Notes: generated from the sequence alone by a model not told the origin. A DNA stretch of 64,000 nt from an uncultured Gammaproteobacteria bacterium (GCA_964510885.1 CAZEDL010000003.1:31686-95685); one strand, 5' to 3'. Numbered from the stretch's first letter, positions 26,567 through 36,886 are shown. Numbers and translations are program-made.

Positions 26567-27271
26567 ATGTCTCGTAAAAAAATTATTACCCTACTTGCAG
26601 TGGTTGCGGGGCTAGCTTTCGCCATTGCGATCGTGATGCGTCTCGTGACTCAAGGTGTGATTGGCGATCCTAACCGTGCTTTATTTAACCGTATAAAAGA
26701 TAAACCGCAATTAGTGGAGCTCTATCGAATGGCTGAAGACGAAGACGAAAAAATGCGCGCCGAACCAGAAAATCCGTCACGGTATCTGAATGCAGGTTTG
26801 GCCTGGAAAGGGCTGGGAGATGGATCTCGCGAGCGGGTATTTTTGGAAAAGTCGTTGGCTATTTATGAAGACGGTATGGAGCGTTTTGGTCAGAAGAATA
26901 TTTTATTTTATCTGAATGCGGGCAAGGTAGCTGAGTCGCTTGGTGATTATGCTAAGGCGGAACAGTATTATCGAACAGCGATCACAATTTCTCCGCTAGA
27001 TGAAAGCAGCTATCTCTACATTGCTGACATGTATATCTATAAGATGAAGAAAACTAACGAGGAGATTTTGGCAGTGTTCAATGATGCTGAGCAGAAGGTT
27101 AGTGATAAGCTGGCAGTGATTTGGGCGCGTGGCACGTATCTACGGCGGATTAATGATTATGAGAAGGCGCTCAAAGATTATGAGGCTTTGGTAGAGAATT
27201 TTCCCCAAGAGGCGGGTTACAAGCAGATCGTAGCAGAGCTGAAGGCTAAAATTTCGGCCGGTAAAAAATAG
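26567..27271 (+). CDS. TPR-repeat protein with an N-terminal membrane anchor
   Basis: TM (IITLLAVVAGLAFAIAIVM) followed by TPR-like repeats (AGLAWKGLGD..., LNAGKVAESLGDYAKAEQYYRTAI...). Confidence 0.7.
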   Translation: MSRKKIITLLAVVAGLAFAIAIVMRLVTQGVIGDPNRALFNRIKDKPQLVELYRMAEDEDEKMRAEPENPSRYLNAGLAWKGLGDGSRERVFLEKSLAIYEDGMERFGQKNILFYLNAGKVAESLGDYAKAEQYYRTAITISPLDESSYLYIADMYIYKMKKTNEEILAVFNDAEQKVSDKLAVIWARGTYLRRINDYEKALKDYEALVENFPQEAGYKQIVAELKAKISAGKK

Positions 27272-27349
27272 TATGAGGTACTTATCCACAGATTATATTT
27301 TTCTCCTGGCGATTTAGAGTATACAATGCTTGGTTAGAGGAGGAAAAAA

Positions 27350-27398
27350 ATCTCGACTGTTTAGGTTGCTTTGGCAAACAGTAAGTCGAGATTTTTTT
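27350..27398. terminator. Bidirectional long-hairpin terminator
   Basis: aaaaaaatctcgactgttt...aaacagtaagtcgagattttttt. Confidence 0.6.
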
Positions 27399-27669
27399 GT
27401 AGGTTAAAGATGCCTTAGGAGTTCGAAAGATCAAAAACAGTGGTTACGCTATATTTTCTACTGTCGCTGGTTGAATTTTGTCGACTTTTTTAAAACAAGT
27501 GGGGAATTGGAGCGTTAGCTTACTTTTGAATAAGCTTGTGCTCAGTGACAGATTCTGGCTGGTGCAAAAATTGATTTTTGCTTTGATTTTACTAGTATAG
27601 ATTGACGGTAGTGCCCTTTTGCTTTACACTGAAAGAGTTGTAATTTATAGTGTTTGTCTTTGTCTACTT

Positions 27670-29718
27670 ATGAAAAAAATTATTGAATGGTTTGTCAAGC
27701 TGACCATTTATGCCACCTTTGTTATGCCGCTCGTGCTGTTGCCGAGCTCATTTATTTTTCCGTTTATTGTTCCGAAGATTTTATTTTTCCGTTCGCTGAT
27801 ACTGCTCCTTGTCGCCGGGTATATCGCTCTTCTGGTTTTGAATTTTCAGGAATATCGGCCACGCCTAACTTGGGTGACTGTGGGAGTTGGGTTGTTCTTG
27901 GCAAGTTTTTTACTGTCGACATTTATCGGCGTCGATTCGTACCATAGTTTTTGGGACAATCATGAGCGCATGCTGGGGTTATTTACCCTTTTTCATTATG
28001 TGATTTACTATCTGATTGCAACGGCGGTTTTCAAACGCTACGCTGATTGGCGGATTGCATTGCAGGTGTTTTTGGCGCTCGGATCAGTGGTGATGTTTAT
28101 CGGGGTGATTCAGCATTTTAATCCTGATTTTTTACTTAATCAGGGGAGTGTGCGCGTCTCAAGTACGCTCGGCAACGCTATTTATGTTGGTGGGTACGGC
28201 TTGTTTTTGGCCTTTGTCGGTCTGCTGCTGTTCATGAAAGAAAAAGTTCCTCAGCTCCGGTTGCTCCAGGGGGTATTTATTTTATTGGCATTAGTCGGGA
28301 TGATACTCAGTGGAACGCGCGGTTCACTGCTCGGTTTTTTTGCGGGTATTGGCGGTGTGTTGCTCGGTTACGGGTTATTAGCAAAGGATCATCCTCGCCT
28401 CAGGCAAGCAACACTTGGTGCTGTTGCTCTTTTGGTGGCGGTGCTTGGTATATTGTATATTAATCGCCAGACTACATTTGTCCGTAGTATTCCGACATTA
28501 GGAGGGCTCTTAAATATTTCGCTTAGCGGGGGTACGGCCAGTACACGGTTAATCGCTTGGAAAATTGCTATTGAAAGCTGGAAGGAGAGGCCGGTATTTG
28601 GCTGGGGGCCCAATAATTTTTTCTATGCCTTTAACAAATACTATAACCCGGCCTCACTCGAGCATGGCTATGGTGAAACTTGGTTCGATAATGCGCATAA
28701 TATTATTTTGAACACCCTGACAGTACAGGGACTGTTCGGAGTGATTAGTTATCTTGCTATGTTTGGCCTGGGGTGGTTCACGCTCCTTAGCAGATCGCGT
28801 AAACCAGGAGCAGATCTGCATGTAGTTATAATCGGGTCTGGGTTTTTACTTGCGCACTTGGTGCAAAATATTACGGTGTTTGAAAATCCGACTTCATATC
28901 TTTATTTTTTCTTTTGGCTCGCGATGGTGAATCGCCTTGGCAGTCCGCAGTTTGAAGCGAGTTCTAAGATCGAACACCACGCCCCCGACCGCCCGCTTAA
29001 TGCTGGTGTTCTCGGAGTGATCGGAGTCACAGCGGTACTTTTTATTTATATCTTCAATATTCAACCGGCCCGTGCCAATCAAAAAACGTTACTGGCTTTA
29101 CAAAAGTTGAATCAGGATCCAGTAGGGGAGGGGCTCGCCACGATGCAATCTGCGCTGCAGTTTAATTCGCCTCATATTGATGATATTAGAAGCGATGTGT
29201 CTCGCACAGCAGCTGAAGTGTTGAGCCGATATTATCAAAAATTGACCAAAGAACAAAGCAATCAGTTGATTGACATAGCGGTTGCAGCTCTGCAGAAAAA
29301 TATTTCTCTCCATACTGCCGATATTCGCACATATTTACTGCTTGGCCAACTGCTCCAGACCAAGGCGATAGTGAATAATGATGGTCAATATGTAATGCAA
29401 GCTGAGCAGTACCTTGAAACCGCACTCGGGTATAGCCCGAAACGGCAGCAAATATTATTTACGCTAGCTAATTTAAAGGTGCAGATTAATAAAGTGGATC
29501 AGGCGGCTGCACTTCTTGAACAGGCTATAAAAGACAACCCGAAGATTTCTGAAAGTTATTGGCGTTTGGCCTATTTGTATAAGCTTGCTAACCGTCAGGA
29601 TTTAGCGAAGGCGGTATTTGCGAAAGCCCATGCGGACGGTGTGATATTTGACGATCAGGGGAAGCAAGTAGAAGCTATGATTGCTGCCGAGCCGAGCGCA
29701 GCGACTGATAAAAAGTAA
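27670..29718 (+). CDS. Second Wzy_C-family membrane protein with a C-terminal TPR domain (paralogue of 24315)
   Basis: SGTRGSLLGFFAG...TRLIAWKIAIESWKERPVFGWGPNNF parallels the 24315 protein. It also has a TPR tail. Start at ATG 27670 (MKKIIEWFV). Confidence 0.8.
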   Translation: MKKIIEWFVKLTIYATFVMPLVLLPSSFIFPFIVPKILFFRSLILLLVAGYIALLVLNFQEYRPRLTWVTVGVGLFLASFLLSTFIGVDSYHSFWDNHERMLGLFTLFHYVIYYLIATAVFKRYADWRIALQVFLALGSVVMFIGVIQHFNPDFLLNQGSVRVSSTLGNAIYVGGYGLFLAFVGLLLFMKEKVPQLRLLQGVFILLALVGMILSGTRGSLLGFFAGIGGVLLGYGLLAKDHPRLRQATLGAVALLVAVLGILYINRQTTFVRSIPTLGGLLNISLSGGTASTRLIAWKIAIESWKERPVFGWGPNNFFYAFNKYYNPASLEHGYGETWFDNAHNIILNTLTVQGLFGVISYLAMFGLGWFTLLSRSRKPGADLHVVIIGSGFLLAHLVQNITVFENPTSYLYFFFWLAMVNRLGSPQFEASSKIEHHAPDRPLNAGVLGVIGVTAVLFIYIFNIQPARANQKTLLALQKLNQDPVGEGLATMQSALQFNSPHIDDIRSDVSRTAAEVLSRYYQKLTKEQSNQLIDIAVAALQKNISLHTADIRTYLLLGQLLQTKAIVNNDGQYVMQAEQYLETALGYSPKRQQILFTLANLKVQINKVDQAAALLEQAIKDNPKISESYWRLAYLYKLANRQDLAKAVFAKAHADGVIFDDQGKQVEAMIAAEPSAATDKK

Positions 29719-30883
29719 GAGTGGAAGAGAGGCTTGAAGGTAGCTGGAAATCAGTAGTAATTTTTGTCTTGAGAGCGGCTCCGAAATGGGCCGCTTTAGT
29801 TTGATCAGACAGCGCTTCTTTGATTGCCGCAGCCAATCTCGCTGGATCGCGCGCGGGCACTAGCCAGCCGGTTTCGCCAGGCATAACAATTTCCGGGATG
29901 CCGCCAACTGCAGTTGCAACTACGGGAAGACCAGCCCGACCGGCTTCGAGAAGTGTGTAGGGTAAGCCTTCTTTTCGTGACGGGATAATAAGCATCTGAC
30001 AAGCTGGTAGTAGGCGGGCCGCTTCGGGGATTGGTCCGCACCAACTGATAATCGAATCTAGCCCGCTTGCGGTGGCTAGGCGGTGTAAATTGTTTTTATC
30101 TGGCCCAGAACCAATCAGCGCGACCGTAGTATCTGCCAGATCTGCTTTTATAGTAGCGAGGGCTGTAATTAAAATATCCAATCCTTTGGTTTTGTAAAAA
30201 TTAGCAATCACACCGATTATTTTTTTGGCATTTTTTCCGGTGGAAGATAAGTAGGGGTTAAGCTCATTTCGTGCGGCTAGTGATGAGAGTGCCGGTGTTT
30301 GCATATCAATACCGAGCGGGATAAGCCGAAGTTTTGACACAGGGATAGTAAGCTTTGTTTTTGCCACAGCTTGATCTGCTTCTGACAGGGTGATAATGCC
30401 GTCTTTATACCTGGCAGTGTGTTTTTCAAGAGAGCGGTAAATTAAAGGCAGTGGCCAATAGAGTGGTTCGTTGAACACCCAGCCGTGAGCGGTGTAGATG
30501 ACTGAGAAGGTGTTTGGTTTTAGGTGTTTGGTTTTAGGTGGCGAGTTGTGATTGATGGTGGCGAGTGAGCCGATGATGCCGGCTTTGCTGCTGTTGAGGT
30601 GAACAATGTTGGGAGATACTTCGTTTATTAATGTGTTCAATTCTGCGATAGCGGCGAAGTCGCGTGGTGATATAGCGCGTACTAGGTGAGTTAGTTGCAC
30701 TACTTTTACCGATCCATGTTGTTTCAGTCGTTCTTGCAGGTCGGCTGACCCGCCTGGTTCGCCAACAGCGACCGTCACGTCATGTTCGCTGGCATAGGCG
30801 GTCGCCAAATCATAGACGTAGCGCTGTGCCCCGCCCCAGGTGCCTTGGGTAATAATATAGAGAATTTTAAGTCGAGGATTCAT
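29675..30883 (-). CDS. GT4-family glycosyltransferase
   Basis: MNPRLKILYIITQGTWGGAQRYVYDL... with C-terminal EGLPYTLLEAGRAGLPVVATAVGGIPEIV. The 3' end overlaps the convergent gene by 44 nt. It contains a 14-nt tandem repeat (30515-30548) that stays in frame. Confidence 0.85.
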   Translation of the reverse strand: MNPRLKILYIITQGTWGGAQRYVYDLATAYASEHDVTVAVGEPGGSADLQERLKQHGSVKVVQLTHLVRAISPRDFAAIAELNTLINEVSPNIVHLNSSKAGIIGSLATINHNSPPKTKHLKPNTFSVIYTAHGWVFNEPLYWPLPLIYRSLEKHTARYKDGIITLSEADQAVAKTKLTIPVSKLRLIPLGIDMQTPALSSLAARNELNPYLSSTGKNAKKIIGVIANFYKTKGLDILITALATIKADLADTTVALIGSGPDKNNLHRLATASGLDSIISWCGPIPEAARLLPACQMLIIPSRKEGLPYTLLEAGRAGLPVVATAVGGIPEIVMPGETGWLVPARDPARLAAAIKEALSDQTKAAHFGAALKTKITTDFQLPSSLSSTLTFYQSLRSARQQS

Positions 30884-31033
30884 GTTGACTTTTTAGGCTA
30901 ACAATAGCATACTATAAGCATAAAATAATGTCTAAAATGTGTTCGAATCTATAATTTATAATATAGAATTTAGCCATTAAATAAGAAATTATTTTCTATT
31001 TTCCAAATTCTAGATTCTAAATTTTTCACTCGT

Positions 31034-31981
31034 ATGCGTATTTTAGTCACTGGTGGCGCAGGTTTTATCGGTTCTCATTTGGTAGAGCGCCTGCTTGAGG
31101 CTGGGCATGCGGTGGTAGTAGTAGATAATTTATTTACTGGCTCGCTTGATAATTTAGCGGCGGCTGCAGCTAATCCAAAATTCACTTTTGTTGAACACGA
31201 TATTGTGGAACCGTTATTTTTGGAAGGAAAGATTGACCAAGTATATAACTTGGCTTGTCCGGCTTCGACACCTCACTATCAATCAAATCCGGTGCACACG
31301 ATCAAGACTAATACGCTTGGCCTTATTAACATGCTTGGGCTGGCCCGCCACCATGGCGCCCGATTTTTGCAAACTTCCACTTCTGAGATTTATGGTGATC
31401 CGGAAGTCCATCCTCAAGTCGAAGAATACTGGGGACATGTAAATCCGATCGGCCCCCGGGCCTGTTATGATGAAGGTAAGCGCTGTGCTGAAGCGCTGTG
31501 CTTTGATTATCACCGGATGCACGATATGGAAATAAAGATCGTGCGTATTTTTAACACCTATGGCCCCCGCATGTCATTTACTGATGGTCGGGTAATTTCG
31601 AATTTTGTGGTGCAGGCGTTGCAAAATCAACCGATTACTATTTATGGTAATGGCGAGCAAACGCGCAGTTTTTGTTTTGTTGATGATTTAGTATTGGGAC
31701 TTATCAAAATGATGGGTAGCGATGGTGCATTTATGGGGCCAGTGAACCTCGGCAATCCAGGCGAACGCACGATGCGTGAGATGGCGGAAAAAATTGTGGC
31801 GTTAACTAATTCACAGAGTGAGATCGTCTACCGTGATCTGCCCGTTGACGACCCGCGGCGGCGCTGCCCGGATATTGCCAAAGCTAAAACTAAGCTCGAT
31901 TGGCAGCCGACGATTGATTTAGAACCAGGTCTTGTTCGTACGATTGCCAACTTTCGCGAGCGCCTGAAGTCCGGTAGCTAG
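31034..31981 (+). CDS. UDP-glucuronate decarboxylase (UDP-xylose synthase)-like extended SDR
   Basis: [16 protein letters not shown]..., [28 protein letters not shown], and the catalytic YxxxK context. 315 aa. Confidence 0.85.
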   Translation: MRILVTGGAGFIGSHLVERLLEAGHAVVVVDNLFTGSLDNLAAAAANPKFTFVEHDIVEPLFLEGKIDQVYNLACPASTPHYQSNPVHTIKTNTLGLINMLGLARHHGARFLQTSTSEIYGDPEVHPQVEEYWGHVNPIGPRACYDEGKRCAEALCFDYHRMHDMEIKIVRIFNTYGPRMSFTDGRVISNFVVQALQNQPITIYGNGEQTRSFCFVDDLVLGLIKMMGSDGAFMGPVNLGNPGERTMREMAEKIVALTNSQSEIVYRDLPVDDPRRRCPDIAKAKTKLDWQPTIDLEPGLVRTIANFRERLKSGS

Positions 31982-31988
31982 TCTGGCT

Positions 31989-33122
31989 ATGAAAAAAAGA
32001 GTGCTTATTTTTTCTACGGCATATCATCCGTTTATTGGTGGGGCTGAAGTGGCGGTGAAAGAAATTACGGATCGGTTGGGTGATATGTTTGAGTTTGAAA
32101 TGGTGACGGCACGCATGCGCAGATCTGTGCCAACCAAAGAAAAGATCGGCAACATATTAGTACATCGGTTAGGTTTGGGGGTTCCGTTTATTGATAAATT
32201 ATGGCTGGCTTTTTGCGGAGCTTCTCGTGCAAAAAAGCTAAATGATTTTGATATCGTATGGGGAATAATGGCCAGCTATGGTGGGCTCGCAGCTTCTAAT
32301 TATAAAAAGAAACACCCGTTGGTTAAATTTTTACTTACTCTCCAAGAAGGAGACAGTAAGGAGCATATTTATAAAAGATCCCGATGGCTCGGAGGTGCAT
32401 TCATTGACATTTTTAAAAGAGCGGATCGGATTCAGGCGATTAGCGCATATTTGGCGGAGTGGGCACAGGAAATGGGGGTAACTTGTCCGGTTGTGGTGGT
32501 TCCAAATGGAATTACTATTCAGCAATTTGACCATCATGGTAGAAAAGCTGACATAAAAAGAGTAATTACTGCCTCTCGTTTAGTAGAAAAGAATGGCCTT
32601 GAATATTTAATTAAAGCAATGAAGATTGTTAAAGATAGTTCTTCGAAGCCGGTTGTTTTAAAGATTCTTGGAGATGGTGAATTGAAGCAAGATTTAGAAA
32701 AATTAGCGTCTGATTTAGGCTTAACAGATAAGTTTGTCATTAGAAATGTTCAGTTTCAGGGTTTTGTCCCAAATAAATTGGTGTATGATTATTTAAACCA
32801 AGCTGATGTTTTTGTCAGGCCTTCTTTGTCCGAGGGGCTTGGTAATTCGTTTCTTGAGGCCATGGCGGCCGGTGTTCCGGTGGTAGCCACTCCAGTCGGG
32901 GGCATACCTGATTTTTTAAAAGATGGACAGACTGGTTGGTTTTGCAAGGTAAAAGATCCTGGCAGTGTCGCTGAAAAAATACTGTATATATTGGATGAGA
33001 AAAATAAAGAACCTGTTTCTCAGGTGGTTAAAAATGCTAAAGAGCTGGTTGAAACACGCTATCGTTGGGAAACTATCGCAGGAGACATGAGAAATATCTT
33101 GAATCTTTTATGCGTTTTTTAA
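31989..33122 (+). CDS. GT4-family glycosyltransferase (low-GC gene)
   Basis: MKKRVLIFSTAYHPFIGGAEVAV... and SEGLGNSFLEAMAAGVPVVATPVGGIPDFL. Confidence 0.8.
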   Translation: MKKRVLIFSTAYHPFIGGAEVAVKEITDRLGDMFEFEMVTARMRRSVPTKEKIGNILVHRLGLGVPFIDKLWLAFCGASRAKKLNDFDIVWGIMASYGGLAASNYKKKHPLVKFLLTLQEGDSKEHIYKRSRWLGGAFIDIFKRADRIQAISAYLAEWAQEMGVTCPVVVVPNGITIQQFDHHGRKADIKRVITASRLVEKNGLEYLIKAMKIVKDSSSKPVVLKILGDGELKQDLEKLASDLGLTDKFVIRNVQFQGFVPNKLVYDYLNQADVFVRPSLSEGLGNSFLEAMAAGVPVVATPVGGIPDFLKDGQTGWFCKVKDPGSVAEKILYILDEKNKEPVSQVVKNAKELVETRYRWETIAGDMRNILNLLCVF

Positions 33123-34228
33123 TTGCAGCTGATATATTCCCTCCAGAATCAGGCGGGCCGGCTACGTATTCGGTGACGCTCGCTAATGAATTAGTTAAGC
33201 TTGGCGACAGTGTTACGATTGTGTCTCTTAATCCAGAATCTGATAGAAAAATTTTAGATATAAGCGTTGAATTATTCCGAGTTGCTTTTAAAAATAAATT
33301 ACTTCGCTACGCTCACTATTTTTGGCTGCTTTTTAAACATGCTAAGCAAGTTGATGTTGTATATGCGATGGGGCCAGTGAATGCCGGGTGGCCGGCTTCG
33401 GTTGTGGCTCGTCTGAGGCATAAAAAATTTGTCGTAAAAGTGGTGGGCGACTATGCCTGGGAACAGGGGCAAGTTTTGCAGCTGGTGTCTGATGACATTG
33501 ATAGTTTTCAGAACAAAGATTATGGCGGAAAAGTCGGTCGTCTCAAAAGGATAGAGCGCCAAACTGTCCTCAGGGCTGATAGGGTTATAACTCCTTCAGA
33601 GTATTTGAGACGAATGGTCACTGGATGGGGCGTCCCTGAAGATAAAGTTATGGTAGTATACAATTCGGTTGCTGTCTCGACAGTTGCACCGGCTGCTAAG
33701 CCAACGGGCGAGCAGTGGCTTGTCAGTGTTGCTAGGCTCACGCCATGGAAAGGTTTCCCAGCGTTAATTGAAGCACTGGCAATTTTTTTGCCGCACCGCC
33801 CACAGTTAAAGTTGAAAATAATCGGAACTGGACCGGAGCTCCAAAAATTGCAGTCGTTAGTGCAGACGAAAGGTTTGGCTGCGTCGGTAGGTTTTTTAGG
33901 TAATATGCCGCGCAAAGAAGCGCTGTCGTATGTTAAGGCAGCGGACATTTTTATACTTAATAGCGGTTACGAAGGTCTGTCTCATGTAATTTTAGAGGCG
34001 CAGGCGCTTGGCATCACCGTTTTGGCAAGCAAAAAGGGTGGGAATGTTGAATTGCTTGATGCTGCGCATTTGTTTGAATTTAATAATAGTAAAGAAATTG
34101 CTAATAAGGTAGATAGCGTGCTCAATGGGTCGTTAGGTAATTCGACGCTGCCAGAATTTAAGAATACGTCGATGGCAGACATGGTTATGAAAACTAAACA
34201 AATACTTCAATCGGTATGCGCCAACTAA
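33110..34228 (+). CDS. GT4-family glycosyltransferase
   Basis: MRFLIAADIFPPESGGPATYSV... and YEGLSHVILEAQALGITVLASKKGGNVELL. Start at ATG 33110, overlapping the upstream gene. Confidence 0.8.
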   Translation: MRFLIAADIFPPESGGPATYSVTLANELVKLGDSVTIVSLNPESDRKILDISVELFRVAFKNKLLRYAHYFWLLFKHAKQVDVVYAMGPVNAGWPASVVARLRHKKFVVKVVGDYAWEQGQVLQLVSDDIDSFQNKDYGGKVGRLKRIERQTVLRADRVITPSEYLRRMVTGWGVPEDKVMVVYNSVAVSTVAPAAKPTGEQWLVSVARLTPWKGFPALIEALAIFLPHRPQLKLKIIGTGPELQKLQSLVQTKGLAASVGFLGNMPRKEALSYVKAADIFILNSGYEGLSHVILEAQALGITVLASKKGGNVELLDAAHLFEFNNSKEIANKVDSVLNGSLGNSTLPEFKNTSMADMVMKTKQILQSVCAN

Positions 34229-35232
34229 TGATTAGCCTTGATCGTAAAATAATCGAAGAGTCCAGGGTTGCTCAAAGAATGAAAGAGTATGGAAATAAGG
34301 ATAAGATATTTATTTTAATACCTGGGCCTACGAAAAAAATGAACACTAGCATTAGTGAGAATGTTAAGGTTGAAATGATTTCTGGTTCAAAGTTCGTTCA
34401 ATTTTTTTCTTTGATATGGAAGGGGCTTCAGTATGTTTCTAGTAATGATGTAACTTTTATTACTACACAAGATCCCTTTTTTACTGGTTTAGTGGGCTTG
34501 CTAATTCGTTTTTTTTCGAGTGTCCTTTTAAAAGACATTACTCTTGAAGTCCAGCTTCATGGCGATTTTTATAGTAATTCTTATTATAAGAAAAGTATTA
34601 GGTATTTTTTAGGAAAATTTGTAATTAAAAGAGCTGATAAAATAAGAGTTGCGAGCAAGAGAGCTAGGGTCAGTCTCGAAAATCGAACTGACCTTAAGAT
34701 AGGGAAAGGAAAAGTGCGCATCAAACCAGTTTTTATTGATGAACGTTCGTTCGTTGATTATGGAGGAGAAAAAAATTACTTGAGGAAACGTTACCATACT
34801 ATAAATACTGGAAAAATTTTCCTTTGGGTTGGAAGGATGGAACCTGTAAAAAATCTTGAATTTCTTTTAAATATTTTTGTAAAGGCTGTAAAACAGTGGG
34901 GCCATTCAGACTGGTTGCTTGTTTTAGTCGGAGAAGGAAGTCAGAGGAAAGAATTGGAAGATATTGTTGATAAATCGGGTTTATTAAATACAAATATCCA
35001 GTTTGAGTCTTGGACTGAAGAACCTGTTAAATATTATAAGAGCGCAGATTGTCTTGTTTTTCCGAGCCTTAGTGAGGGTTATGGTCAGGTTCCAATGGAA
35101 GCATACTATTCTGGTTGTCCTGTTATTATGTCAGATGTAGGTGTGGCAAATTACGAACTCAAACCTAGCGACCGAGTTAAAATTTTACCTTTTGACGAAC
35201 GCGCCTGGATTGAGGCGATGAGTAAGATATAG
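34216..35232 (+). CDS. GT-B glycosyltransferase (Glycos_transf_1-like C-terminus), markedly AT-rich
   Basis: The C-terminal motif SLSEGYGQVPMEAYYSGCPVIMSDVG is typical of GT4. GC is about 33% against ~50% in neighbouring genes. Confidence 0.65.
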   Translation: MRQLMISLDRKIIEESRVAQRMKEYGNKDKIFILIPGPTKKMNTSISENVKVEMISGSKFVQFFSLIWKGLQYVSSNDVTFITTQDPFFTGLVGLLIRFFSSVLLKDITLEVQLHGDFYSNSYYKKSIRYFLGKFVIKRADKIRVASKRARVSLENRTDLKIGKGKVRIKPVFIDERSFVDYGGEKNYLRKRYHTINTGKIFLWVGRMEPVKNLEFLLNIFVKAVKQWGHSDWLLVLVGEGSQRKELEDIVDKSGLLNTNIQFESWTEEPVKYYKSADCLVFPSLSEGYGQVPMEAYYSGCPVIMSDVGVANYELKPSDRVKILPFDERAWIEAMSKI

Positions 35233-35236
35233 TTAT

Positions 35237-35848
35237 ATGTTGACAGCCTGGGATCAATTTTTTCAAGATAAAATGAAACAGATTTTCACACCTGGGAAAA
35301 CGGTGATTGATATTGGCGGCGGACTCCGGGTTGATGCGAAGCGCAACAACCGGGAATCCGAAGCCCCGGCGTGGCTGGCGGAGTATATTAAACAAGTGGA
35401 TTATAAAATTTTAGATAAAGTGCCGGATTATCATCCAGATATTGTGGGGGATATTCACGCGCTGCCGTTTGCTGATAGTAGTGTCGACGCGATTGTGTGT
35501 ATTGCCGTGCTAGAGCATGTGGAGGAGCCGGCAAAAGCGGTGGCCGAAGTATATCGGGTATTGAAGCCGGGCGGCCAGGCATTTTTTTATGCGCCATTTC
35601 TGTTCTATTATCATCCGCTCAAGGGGTATTACAAAGATTTTTTCCGCTTCACGAGTGATGGCTGGCGATATCTGACCCGCCATTTTAAGATAGTAGAGCT
35701 TCAGAATGTGCGCGGAGCGCTCGCCACGGTGCTTAATTTATTTCCATGGTTGTCGAAGCGAACACGGTTTGTAGATGTAATTGATCGTTTGTTCCATAAA
35801 GATGCGAGCGAACAAACCAGTGGATATAATGTGTTTTGCGTAAAATAA
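35237..35848 (+). CDS. Class I SAM-dependent methyltransferase (Methyltransf_11-like)
   Basis: VIDIGGG..., DIHALPFADSSVDAIVCIAVLEHVEEP, VLKPGGQAFFY. Confidence 0.7.
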   Translation: MLTAWDQFFQDKMKQIFTPGKTVIDIGGGLRVDAKRNNRESEAPAWLAEYIKQVDYKILDKVPDYHPDIVGDIHALPFADSSVDAIVCIAVLEHVEEPAKAVAEVYRVLKPGGQAFFYAPFLFYYHPLKGYYKDFFRFTSDGWRYLTRHFKIVELQNVRGALATVLNLFPWLSKRTRFVDVIDRLFHKDASEQTSGYNVFCVK

Positions 35849-35854
35849 TTTGGT

Positions 35855-36886
35855 ATGAGGCTATTGATATTTACACAGTCAGTTAACAAGCACGATACGA
35901 ATCTTGGCTTTTTTCATGAATGGCTGGTTAGACTTGCGGCGCACGTAGAAGAATTGACGGTGGTTGCGTTGTCGGTGGGGGAGTATGATGTGCCAGCCAA
36001 CGTGCGCGTGTTGTCGCTGGGTAAAGAACAGTATCGGTCTCGGCTGCAGTATCTGTGGCGTCTCTGGAAATATTTGTTACGTTTTCATCAGCACTATGAT
36101 CGAGTGCTGGTGCATATGAATCCGGAATATGTAGTGTTGTTTGGGTGGTGGTGGTGCTTGTCTCGGAAAAAAATATTTTTGTGGTATGTCCATCGGTCGG
36201 TGGATTGGAAGCTTGTAATCGCTGAATTATTCGTACATGCTATTTTCACGGCTTCGCCGGAAAGCTGCCGTATCGAGAGTAAAAAAATTCAGATCGCGGG
36301 GCACGGTGTCGACAGTGATTTTTTTTCTCCGGGTACAAATCCCGGGTCTCAACAGAGTGTGATTAACCTTCTTAGTATTGGCCGAATTACCCCGCGTAAG
36401 GATATTCTGTTTTCGCTAATGGCCTTGAAACAGCTGCATAGTTTGTTTCCGGGCAGATTCAAGCTTGATATTGTGGGCGATCCGGTGGTGCGGTCGGATT
36501 TTGAGTATTACCGGGAATTAAAAGAGTTTGTTACCACTAACGAGCTTCAGGCTGTCGTACATTTTCTTGGTGGTTGCCGCTACGAAGAGTTGCCTGGCAT
36601 CTACCGGGCGCATCAGGCACTCATCCATACCAGCCGCACCGGTAGCATTGATAAGGTGGTGCTTGAAGCCTTGGCGTCTGGCCTTACGGTCTTTAGCTCG
36701 AGTGATGCCTATGCGAACTGGCCAGATTTTGTAATTAAATTTCCGCCCGGGGATGCTGTGGCATTGGGGCGAGCGGTACAGGCCCATCTTCTTGAGGCGG
36801 CAGTACCGATCGGGGGGCGCGAGTATGTGGTTAAAAATTTTAATTTGAGCGATTTAATTTCACGGATTGTCGCTATGATGAAATAG
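35855..36886 (+). CDS. GT-B glycosyltransferase (group-1 C-terminal domain)
   Basis: ...IGRITPRKDI...HTSRTGSIDKVVLEALASGLTVFSS. Confidence 0.65.
   Translation: MRLLIFTQSVNKHDTNLGFFHEWLVRLAAHVEELTVVALSVGEYDVPANVRVLSLGKEQYRSRLQYLWRLWKYLLRFHQHYDRVLVHMNPEYVVLFGWWWCLSRKKIFLWYVHRSVDWKLVIAELFVHAIFTASPESCRIESKKIQIAGHGVDSDFFSPGTNPGSQQSVINLLSIGRITPRKDILFSLMALKQLHSLFPGRFKLDIVGDPVVRSDFEYYRELKEFVTTNELQAVVHFLGGCRYEELPGIYRAHQALIHTSRTGSIDKVVLEALASGLTVFSSSDAYANWPDFVIKFPPGDAVALGRAVQAHLLEAAVPIGGREYVVKNFNLSDLISRIVAMMK

Noticed and set aside
27315-27330. GTATACAAT match to the HTH operator core downstream of the TPR gene
   Set aside because: It is only an 8-9-mer partial match. About two such hits are expected by chance in 64 kb, so it is not evidence of a regulon on its own.
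30515-30548. 14-nt tandem duplication (cacctaaaaccaaa x2.3) inside the GT4 gene 29675..30883, which I first suspected to be a frameshifting insertion
   Set aside because: The ORF reads through in frame with sensible GT4 sequence on both sides (…NSPPKTKHLKPNTF…). It is a short in-frame repeat in a loop, not a disruption.
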